A stretch of 64,000 nt of DNA from an uncultured Chitinophaga sp. (GTDB lineage: Bacteria > Bacteroidota > Bacteroidia > UKL13-3). A program made the position numbers and the translations under genes. The stretch covers positions 16,480 to 80,479 of the forward strand of contig CAYHCF010000002.1 of the NCBI GenBank assembly GCA_964355075.1, given 5' to 3'. Below the pieces are notes generated by a model. It was given only the letters and a program-made list of their open reading frames with translations. It ran no database searches and was not told the origin of the DNA. Below are positions 44,749 to 52,470 of the stretch, one piece after another. The stretch's first letter is position 1; each line of letters opens with the position of its first letter.

Positions 44749-47639
44749 AGCAACTCAATTTAAAAATAAACGAAAAGCAATTTAATTTTCTGGTGGGGGA
44801 ACATGAAATGCTCTCCACTGTGATAAGAGAGAAAGCCGGATTAACCGGAACAAAAATTGGATGTGAACAAGGAAGTTGTGGAGCCTGTACGGTACTGGTA
44901 AATAATGAGCCTGTATTGAGCTGTATCACACCTGCCCTTAAATTTGCTGACGCCGGAATCACTACTATTGAAGGGCTTTCCCAAAATGGTGAACTTCATA
45001 AACTTCAGGAAATATTTGTTGAAAAAGGGGCCATTCAATGTGGATTTTGTACACCGGGAATGGTGATCACATCCCTGGATTTTGTCCATAAACATCCCAA
45101 TCCAACTATAGAACAAATCAAAGAAGGACTTTCGGGTAATTTATGCAGGTGTACAGGTTATAAGAAAATAATTGAAGCAGTTGCCGAATATGCGAAAGAA
45201 GTTAACGGTTCACCATTGGCCGTTCACAGTTTAGAATCATCCAATTTAAAATCAGTAGGAGTTGGGCGACCCTACATTGAAGCTTCAAAAAAAGTACAGG
45301 GTTTGGCAGAATATGCGGATGATATCAAATTAAAAGGCGCCCTTCAAATAAAATTTGTACGAAGCATTTTCCCGCATGCCCGAATTGAAAATATTGACAC
45401 ATCGGATGCTCAGAAACTGGAAGGAGTTCGATATATCGCTACCGGAAAAGAATTGCCCATCACTTTCGGTGTGCTTCCCATTTCGCAGGATGAAAATGCG
45501 ATTGCCATTGAAAAGACAAGATATATTGGTGAAATAGTTGCTGCCGTAGCTGCCGATACCGAAGAGATTGCCAAAGAGGCCTGCAAACTGATTAAAGTAA
45601 AATATCTTCCAATCAAAGAATTTCTGTCCATTGAGGATTCATTAAATGATGCAGGTGAAAATGAAAAAATCCACCCGGAACATGGCAAGCAGAATAACAA
45701 TATTCATAAAAAAGCGGAATTGCGTTTTGGGGATCAGGAACAAGGACTGAAAGATGCCGATATTATCAGTGAAATGGACTTCCGTTTTGAAGGCGTTAAC
45801 CATGGTTTTACCGAACCCCATTCAGCATCGGCATTTTGGGATGAAAATGGGTTGACTTTAATTTCGGCAACTCAGGTTACCCATTATTTACACAGGGCGC
45901 TGGCCAAAACCATGGAAGTTCCATTGAGCCGGGTTCGTGTAATAAAACCTCATGTAGGTGGTGGCTTTGGCGGTAAAGGAGATCCATTCCCGCACGAAAT
46001 TATCGTCGCCCATATAGCCCGAAAAACAGGAAAACCTGCGCATGTTCGCTTATCAAGAGAAGAAGTTTTTATAACCAATCATGGACGACATCCTTCAAAA
46101 ATGACCATCAAGTTGGGCGCTGACCGCAATGGAATTTTAAAAGTTTTGGATGCTGATATCGCCATTGATGGAGGTGCTTATGGAAGTTTTGGTGTTGTTA
46201 CCTCCTATTATAATGGGGTATTGCTTCAGGCTCCCTATAAGCTGGATAACTTTGGGTTCAGAACCTACAGAGTATATACCAATAAACCTCAGTGCGGGGC
46301 TATGCGTGGGCATGGAGCGGTAAATTCGCGCTTTGCCGTTGAATCATTGATTGATGATATTGCACATAAAATTAAAATGGATCCGGTAGAATTACGTATA
46401 AAGAATTTCCTGGATTCAAATACGTTAACAGTGGGTCAATACCGTATCACATCGAACGGAAGCAAAGAATCTATTCTAAAAGTTGCCGGGCAATCAGACT
46501 GGAAGAACAAACATGGCAAAATGGAATCGGGACATGGATTTGGGGTTGGTTGTGGATTTTTTATCAGCGGCAGCGCTTTGCCAATTATCTGGAACGAATT
46601 GCCGCAATCGGTTGTTCATTTAAAAGTAGATTTTGATGGACGTGTTCTGGTCACATCAGGTGCCAATGATATTGGTCAGGGTAGCGATACCATGCTGGCC
46701 ATAATTGTTGCTGAAGTTCTTGGTATTGGAATGGAAAAAATATTTGTAATTGGGGCAGATACCTTGCTCACTCCGGTTGATCTGGGAAGCTATTCGAGCA
46801 GGGTAACCTTTATGGCAGGAAATGCGGCTAAGGATGCAGCAGAAAATTTAAGGGCTGAAATTGCAACTGCTGTAGCACGACGATTTACGATTGACGATTT
46901 ACGATTGACGATTGACGATTTACGATTTGCAACTGACGAATTGCGATTGACGAATTACGAAATACGAATCAGGGATCTTGTAGCTGAAATAAATTTTTCT
47001 GATAACCGGGTATTTTCAAATGATAAAAGTATTGATTTGGGATGGAATGAGGCAATTGAAATTCTGACAGCAAACCGGGGCGCTGTTTCGGTGAGTGGGA
47101 AATACATTTCACCAAAATTAGGTGGTGATTTTAAAGGAGCGGGTGCAGGTTTAAGCCCCTCCTACTCATTTGGAGCCTGTGTGGCTGAAGTTACCGTAAA
47201 CCAACAAACGGGGCATGTTAAAATATTAAATATTTGGGGGGCCCATGATTGCGGTAAAGCACTGAATCCATTGGCTGTGGAAGGACAATTAGAAGGCTCG
47301 TGGCATATGGGAATCGGACAAGCAATAAGCGAAGAAATGCGTTACTATAATGGCTTGCTGGTAAATAATAATTTCCTCGATTATAAAATTCCAACTTCAT
47401 TGGATACCCCGGATATTCATACGAATATGATAGAAACAAATGATCCGGAAGGGCCTTTTGGAGCCAAAGAATGCGGTGAAGGAGCCTTGCATCCTGTAAT
47501 CCCGGCTATTGCAAATGCTATTTTCGATGCAGTAGGAATCAGGATAACCAAGTTGCCCATAAAGAGTGAAGAGGTATTAAATCTTATGAAAGAAAAATCC
47601 GGTTTAATAAATAAAAAGGCGTCTGCCAGTTTAAATTAA
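44745..47639 (+). CDS. Molybdenum hydroxylase, fused [2Fe-2S] small subunit plus molybdopterin large subunit (xanthine dehydrogenase/CoxSL/HcrCA family)
   Basis: 964 aa. GCEQGSCGAC, CGFCTPG and CRCTGY (two 2Fe-2S sites), then GGGFGGKG, a QVTHY region, RVTFMAGNA and KECGEGA (active-site Glu region). Confidence 0.85.
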   Translation: MKQLNLKINEKQFNFLVGEHEMLSTVIREKAGLTGTKIGCEQGSCGACTVLVNNEPVLSCITPALKFADAGITTIEGLSQNGELHKLQEIFVEKGAIQCGFCTPGMVITSLDFVHKHPNPTIEQIKEGLSGNLCRCTGYKKIIEAVAEYAKEVNGSPLAVHSLESSNLKSVGVGRPYIEASKKVQGLAEYADDIKLKGALQIKFVRSIFPHARIENIDTSDAQKLEGVRYIATGKELPITFGVLPISQDENAIAIEKTRYIGEIVAAVAADTEEIAKEACKLIKVKYLPIKEFLSIEDSLNDAGENEKIHPEHGKQNNNIHKKAELRFGDQEQGLKDADIISEMDFRFEGVNHGFTEPHSASAFWDENGLTLISATQVTHYLHRALAKTMEVPLSRVRVIKPHVGGGFGGKGDPFPHEIIVAHIARKTGKPAHVRLSREEVFITNHGRHPSKMTIKLGADRNGILKVLDADIAIDGGAYGSFGVVTSYYNGVLLQAPYKLDNFGFRTYRVYTNKPQCGAMRGHGAVNSRFAVESLIDDIAHKIKMDPVELRIKNFLDSNTLTVGQYRITSNGSKESILKVAGQSDWKNKHGKMESGHGFGVGCGFFISGSALPIIWNELPQSVVHLKVDFDGRVLVTSGANDIGQGSDTMLAIIVAEVLGIGMEKIFVIGADTLLTPVDLGSYSSRVTFMAGNAAKDAAENLRAEIATAVARRFTIDDLRLTIDDLRFATDELRLTNYEIRIRDLVAEINFSDNRVFSNDKSIDLGWNEAIEILTANRGAVSVSGKYISPKLGGDFKGAGAGLSPSYSFGACVAEVTVNQQTGHVKILNIWGAHDCGKALNPLAVEGQLEGSWHMGIGQAISEEMRYYNGLLVNNNFLDYKIPTSLDTPDIHTNMIETNDPEGPFGAKECGEGALHPVIPAIANAIFDAVGIRITKLPIKSEEVLNLMKEKSGLINKKASASLN
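46880..46970 (+). repeat. In-frame array of 13 heptanucleotides (ACGATTK and variants) inside the Mo-hydroxylase CDS
   Basis: ACGATTT/ACGATTG units at 46880-46928, degenerating to ACGAATT/ACGAAAT by 46970. Translated as TIDDLRLTIDDLRFATDELRLTNYEIRI. Confidence 0.9.
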
Positions 47640-47650
47640 GGGGTAATAAA

Positions 47651-48604
47651 ATGAGTGCTGAAAAAATATATCACTATGTAAATACCATTGAGCAAGCTTT
47701 TGAAATGGCAAACCAACATGTGCAAAACTTCAAATATCTTGCTGGTGGTACTGATGTGATGGTTAACCGATTTCAGGGAAATGATGAATCAGGATGTTTG
47801 ATTGATTTGTCCGGAATAAGCGAACTGAAAGAAATTAGCGTACAAGGAAATTATCTAAAAATTGGTACGCTTGTAAAGTTGAATGATCTAAAAAAACATA
47901 ACATAATTACCAAACAATTTCCTAGTCTGATACAAGCTGCAAACGAAGTTGGATCGCCCATTATAAGAAAAGCAGCCACTCTTGGCGGCAATATTTTATG
48001 TGAAAACCGATGTTCCTTTTTTAACCAAAGTGCGTGGTGGCGTGAGGCAGTTGGTTATTGTCTGAAATGTGAAGGAGATGTTTGTATTGCTACCGGAGGA
48101 ACAAAAGCCTGTTTCTCTAAATTTGTTTCTGATACCGCACCGGTATTAGTAAGCATGAATGCGCAAATAGAGGTAATTGATCATGCGGAAAGCATAGACG
48201 AAATAAAGACCATTCCGCTCGAAAGTATCTATACTGGCGATGGAATCAATCCAAGAAATTTGTCTAAAACTGCACTTATCAAAAACATTATTCTTCCTCT
48301 TGCTATAAATTATAAAGTAATATTCAAAAAATTACGTCCCCGAGAAGCGGTTGATTTTACTTCCTTAACCACTGCAGTTTCGCTGGATCAACAAGGAAAA
48401 GTAAAAATTGTTGTAGCGGGTGTTGATCCAAAACCTATAGTAGTTGAAGGTATGATGGCTGATTCTGAGGTACTGATTAAACAAATTCTAAAAAAAGCCA
48501 GAATCGTTGACAATGATTTTTATTCAAGAGCCTATAGAAAAGAAATGATGGGCTTATACCTGAAACAAAGCATGGAGGAGTTAGCGAGAGATGAGACCCT
48601 TTGA
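47651..48604 (+). CDS. Molybdenum hydroxylase FAD-binding (medium) subunit with Cys-rich insertion
   Basis: 317 aa. AGGTDVMV and ATLGGNI FAD_binding_5 motifs. An insertion of about 40 aa (LCENRCSFFNQSAWWREAVGYCLKCEGDVCIATGGTKACFSKF, 6 Cys) sits between GGNI and SDTAPVL. Confidence 0.8.
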   Translation: MSAEKIYHYVNTIEQAFEMANQHVQNFKYLAGGTDVMVNRFQGNDESGCLIDLSGISELKEISVQGNYLKIGTLVKLNDLKKHNIITKQFPSLIQAANEVGSPIIRKAATLGGNILCENRCSFFNQSAWWREAVGYCLKCEGDVCIATGGTKACFSKFVSDTAPVLVSMNAQIEVIDHAESIDEIKTIPLESIYTGDGINPRNLSKTALIKNIILPLAINYKVIFKKLRPREAVDFTSLTTAVSLDQQGKVKIVVAGVDPKPIVVEGMMADSEVLIKQILKKARIVDNDFYSRAYRKEMMGLYLKQSMEELARDETL

Positions 48605-48754
48605 CAAGCTCAGGATGACGAGGGAAATGAGACTATGTCAGTTTGAGCGAAGTCGAAAACTAATAAGCTGTGAAAGCAAATCCTATAAGATTACTGTATG
48701 AAACCGTTTTCGACTTCGCTCAAACTAACAACAAACAATTAACAATTAATCACT
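48588..48754. repeat. Composite repeat: heptamer fragments, shared 'gacaagctcaggatgac' core, 21-bp perfect-stem hairpin and AACAATT heptamers
   Basis: 48596-48619 matches 26598-26620 at about 22/24. Perfect inverted repeat 48640-48660 / 48706-48726. AACAAYW units at 48727-48754. The stop codon of the FAD-subunit gene (48602-48604) lies inside the shared core. Confidence 0.8.
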
Positions 48755-48760
48755 AGTAAT

Positions 48761-49306
48761 ATGACAAATCCAAATATTAAAATCCTGTACGATGAGCACG
48801 AAATAATCGTGAACGCCATTGATGTGGCCAAGCAGATGAAACCATTGCTGGAAAAAAATACTGAATTATATGAAACCATGCTTAGGAAACTGATTCTGTT
48901 TTTCAGAAATTATGCTGATAAATACCATCATTTTAAGGAAGAAGAAATTCTTTTCCCCGAAATGAACAGGCGTAACGAATTATTAGAAGACGGAGTAATC
49001 AAAGAAATGCTTGAGAATCACGCAGATTTTAGGGAAATGATCGGTGACATTGAGAAAAATCTGAATGACCATAATTATGCTAAAGCCAACGAAATTCTTG
49101 TCAAATATACCGAGGCACTGCTCGATCATATCGCAGTTGAAAATGATGAGGTATTCCAGATGGCAGAAAGCATTTTTGATAATGCAGAACTCGAAAAAAT
49201 TGGCTTCCGCTTTATGGATTGCGACCGCGATTTGGGCGAAGCAAAAAAAGAAGAATTAAAAGAAATGACTGCTGAATTGAGACGGGAAATGTTTTTGATG
49301 GATTGA
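48761..49306 (+). CDS. Hemerythrin-like (HHE cation-binding) domain protein
   Basis: 181 aa. YADKYHHFKEEE, ENHADFRE and LLDHIAVENDE His/Glu-rich helices typical of hemerythrin-like domains. Confidence 0.6.
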   Translation: MTNPNIKILYDEHEIIVNAIDVAKQMKPLLEKNTELYETMLRKLILFFRNYADKYHHFKEEEILFPEMNRRNELLEDGVIKEMLENHADFREMIGDIEKNLNDHNYAKANEILVKYTEALLDHIAVENDEVFQMAESIFDNAELEKIGFRFMDCDRDLGEAKKEELKEMTAELRREMFLMD

Positions 49307-49473
49307 GTATGCATTCAGGTCAAATAAGAATAATTTTTCTCAAAGAAAATATGCTGTATTAGCCCCTTAAATAGCTGGACTAAATTATAAAAAAAGTTCA
49401 GTACATTTATCAAAGATACGCACTCATTGATCAATGATTATAAAAGATATTTAGATTTCCATTAATTTTGAAA

Positions 49474-49956
49474 ATGGAATTTGAAATCAGAAAAGTAAAA
49501 AAATCAGACAATTTGTTTCTGGCCACAATGATCAGGGAGGTTTTTGAGGAACACAATGCACCCCATGAAGGAACCGTATTTAGTGATCCAACAACCGATC
49601 ACTTATATGAATTATTCCGTAAAGAAAATTCGGTTTTATGGGTTGCGGAAAAAGGGAATTCTATATTAGGCTGTTGTGGCATTTATCCATTGGAGGGTTT
49701 GAATGAAAACTATACTGAATTGGTTAAATTTTATTTGCCTTCCTCTGAACGTGGTAAGGGAATTGGAAAGGCGTTAATGCAGAAAAGCATTGAATCAGCC
49801 AAAGAACTGGGATACAAATACCTGTATTTAGAAAGCTTACCGCATTTTGCAAAAGCTGTTAACCTGTACGAAAAACTTGGCTTCAATAAATTAGATCAAC
49901 CTCTAGGCAACTCCGGACATGCCACTTGCAATATCTGGATGTCAATGGAATTATAG
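49474..49956 (+). CDS. GNAT family N-acetyltransferase
   Basis: RGKGIGKALM acetyl-CoA binding motif. ATG at 49474 is preferred over the tracked TTG at 49468. Confidence 0.8.
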   Translation: MEFEIRKVKKSDNLFLATMIREVFEEHNAPHEGTVFSDPTTDHLYELFRKENSVLWVAEKGNSILGCCGIYPLEGLNENYTELVKFYLPSSERGKGIGKALMQKSIESAKELGYKYLYLESLPHFAKAVNLYEKLGFNKLDQPLGNSGHATCNIWMSMEL

Positions 49957-49969
49957 GGAAAATAAAACT

Positions 49970-50314
49970 TTGATATCACAAATTGTGATATCAAAAACAG
50001 AAACAAGAGGTGGAACTCAAAAACTCCCATTTGCCTTTACAGAACAAGGAGTAGCAATGCTAAGTGCCGTTTTACATTCTGATAAAGCAATCCAAACCAG
50101 TATCGCGATTATGAAAGCTTTTGTGTTTTTAAAACAATATGCATTAAGTCATAAAGATCTCACTGATAAACTTGAAAAACTTGAACGGAAATTCAACAAA
50201 CATTTTAAAGATGTGTATGAAGTGATTAATTACCTCATGCAAAAGGATCAAATCGAAATTGAAAAAGAAACTTTACTAAAAGACCGGGAACGAATTGGGT
50301 TCAAAAACTATTAA
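49970..50314 (+). CDS. Truncated ORF6N-family paralog retaining only the C-terminal (ORF6C-like) half; possible gene remnant
   Basis: Aligns by eye to residues ~85-182 of the next gene (PFAFTEQGVAMLSAVLHSDKAIQ...KFNKHFKDVYEVINYLMQKDQ) but lacks its N-terminal domain. Only a TTG start is available after the GNAT stop. Confidence 0.45.
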   Translation: MISQIVISKTETRGGTQKLPFAFTEQGVAMLSAVLHSDKAIQTSIAIMKAFVFLKQYALSHKDLTDKLEKLERKFNKHFKDVYEVINYLMQKDQIEIEKETLLKDRERIGFKNY

Positions 50315-50323
50315 CAAACTGGT

Positions 50324-50872
50324 ATGCAATTACAAAAAATACAAACGAAAATTTTCGAAATAAGAGGACAAAAGGTAATGCTGGATTTTGATCTGGCAAT
50401 TCTCTATGAAGTAGAAACCAAGGCTTTAAACCAGGCAGTTAAAAGAAACATTAAACGTTTTCCTGAAGATTTTATGTTTCGGCTTACCCCATTGGAATGG
50501 GGTAATATGTGGTCACAAATTGTGACCATATCAAAAGAAACAAAAATGATGCGGTCACAAATTGTGACCGCATCCCATCATAAAAGAAATGTCTCGTCTG
50601 CCCCTTATGCCTTTACTGAACAAGGTCTGGCTATGCTGAGTGGAATTCTTCATTCAGATAAAGCCATACATGTAAATATTGCAATTATGAGAGCTTTTGT
50701 CTTTATCAGACATTATGCACTAAGTCATAAAGATATCACCGAAAAGCTCAAGAAATTTGAAAGAAAATATAACAAGCAGTTTAAAGATGTTTATGAAGCG
50801 ATAAATTATCTTTTACAGAAGGATCAAGAGGAAATTAAACAAAAGAAGCACAAGAAAATTGGGTTCATGTAA
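50324..50872 (+). CDS. ORF6N domain-containing protein (KilA-N-like DNA-binding N-terminus plus ORF6C-like C-terminus)
   Basis: IFEIRGQKVMLDFDLAILYEVETKALNQAVKRNIKRFPEDFMFRLT is the ORF6N signature. The C-terminal half has YAFTEQGLAMLS. Confidence 0.8.
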   Translation: MQLQKIQTKIFEIRGQKVMLDFDLAILYEVETKALNQAVKRNIKRFPEDFMFRLTPLEWGNMWSQIVTISKETKMMRSQIVTASHHKRNVSSAPYAFTEQGLAMLSGILHSDKAIHVNIAIMRAFVFIRHYALSHKDITEKLKKFERKYNKQFKDVYEAINYLLQKDQEEIKQKKHKKIGFM

Positions 50873-50994
50873 AATCATAATTTTCTACTATTATCATAAT
50901 CAGTCCAATAAATTTTTCCAACGATTATCTATGAAAAACTTGTTACAAACGGGATTGATTTTTGACTTATTATTGCACACAAATTAATTTTAAA

Positions 50995-51945
50995 ATGGAC
51001 TCAACTATTGAACCTATTGAATGCCTGATTATTGGTAGCGGTCCCGCAGGCTATACTGCCGCAATATATGCTGCCCGTGCAGATATGAAACCTGTTATGT
51101 ACACCGGTATGCAACCGGGCGGACAATTAACCATTACCACAGAAGTAGAGAATTATCCGGGTTATCCCGAAGGAATTATGGGACCTGAGATGATGGAACT
51201 TTTTAGGAAACAAGCGGAGCGTTTTGGAGCGGATATTCGATATGGAATGGCAACCCATGTTGATTTTAGCGGCAAACCTCCTTATAAAGTGATTGTTGAT
51301 GAAAGCAAGGAAATTTTGGCTGAAACGGTCATTATTGCCACTGGAGCCAGTGCCAAGTGGTTAGGTATTCCTTCTGAGGAAAAGTTAAATGGCAGAGGTG
51401 TGAGTGCCTGTGCGGTATGTGATGGATTTTTCTTTAAAGGTAAAGATGTGGCCATTGTTGGCGCAGGAGATACTGCTTGTGAAGAAGCTTCTTACCTTTC
51501 AAAAATATGCAGCAAGGTTTATATGATTGTGCGCAGAAATGAATTTCGCGCTTCTAAAGCCATGGTGAACCGGGTAATGAATACCCCAAATATTGAAGTA
51601 TTATTTGATACCCTAACCGACGAAATTTTAGGAGAGGATAAAGTTATTGGAGCGCGTTTAAAAAATAAAGTTAGCGGTGAAATGCGTACCCTTGATTTAT
51701 CAGGATTCTTTGTTGCTATCGGACATCAACCAAATACAGAAATTTTCAAAGCTTATTTGGATATGGATGAAACCGGTTATTTAGTTGCTATTCCCGGTAC
51801 CAGCAAAACCAAAATAGAAGGTGTTTTTGTTTGTGGGGATGCTCAGGATAAAGTTTATCGTCAGGCGGTTACAGCGGCCGGTAGTGGCTGTATGGCTGCT
51901 TTGGATGCAGAGCGGTATTTGGCAGCCAAGGCCGATATGTCATAA
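50995..51945 (+). CDS. trxB: Thioredoxin-disulfide reductase
   Basis: IIGSGPAGYTAAIYAAR, redox-active CAVCDG, GAGDTACEEA and GDAQD. ATG at 50995 is preferred over the upstream tracked start. Confidence 0.92.
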   Translation: MDSTIEPIECLIIGSGPAGYTAAIYAARADMKPVMYTGMQPGGQLTITTEVENYPGYPEGIMGPEMMELFRKQAERFGADIRYGMATHVDFSGKPPYKVIVDESKEILAETVIIATGASAKWLGIPSEEKLNGRGVSACAVCDGFFFKGKDVAIVGAGDTACEEASYLSKICSKVYMIVRRNEFRASKAMVNRVMNTPNIEVLFDTLTDEILGEDKVIGARLKNKVSGEMRTLDLSGFFVAIGHQPNTEIFKAYLDMDETGYLVAIPGTSKTKIEGVFVCGDAQDKVYRQAVTAAGSGCMAALDAERYLAAKADMS

Positions 51946-52030
51946 GCTAAAATGGAAAAAGGAAATTGCACACACTCTGTTTCGCATGTTGATAATCAAC
52001 GCAGCGGTTTATTAAAAGAGGCGATAAGAT

Positions 52031-52456
52031 ATGAAATTTGATTTGATGGAACTACCCTTCAATAAATTAATTGGCATAGCCCTCTCCGATCTTCCCGACT
52101 ATTTACTGATGTTGGATGAAAAACCCATTCACCAAAATCACATCCAATCCATTCATGCCGGGGCACTTTATACCCTGGCGGAAGGCACTTCAGGCTTGTT
52201 TATGCTGAACCAATTTTCCGATTCGGACGCTTATTTACCGGTTCTTAGGAGATCTCAGGTAAAATACCGAAAGCCGGCTTTTGGAAAAATCTACGGCAAA
52301 GGCTGGCTAAAAGAAACAACGATCGAAACCATTAAAACTGCCTTAACCCATAAAGGAACGGCTTTGTTTACAGTGGGTTCAAACCTGTTTAACCTCGAAA
52401 ACCAACTGGTGATGCAATGCGAATTCGAGTGGTTTGTTCAAAAAATAATGGGATAG
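52031..52456 (+). CDS. Hotdog-fold thioesterase-like protein (PaaI/YiiD_C-like)
   Basis: 141 aa. IHAGALYTLAEGTSG resembles the PaaI-type substrate-binding helix. Weak call. Confidence 0.35.
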   Translation: MKFDLMELPFNKLIGIALSDLPDYLLMLDEKPIHQNHIQSIHAGALYTLAEGTSGLFMLNQFSDSDAYLPVLRRSQVKYRKPAFGKIYGKGWLKETTIETIKTALTHKGTALFTVGSNLFNLENQLVMQCEFEWFVQKIMG

Positions 52457-52470
52457 GGTTCAGTAGCTGT

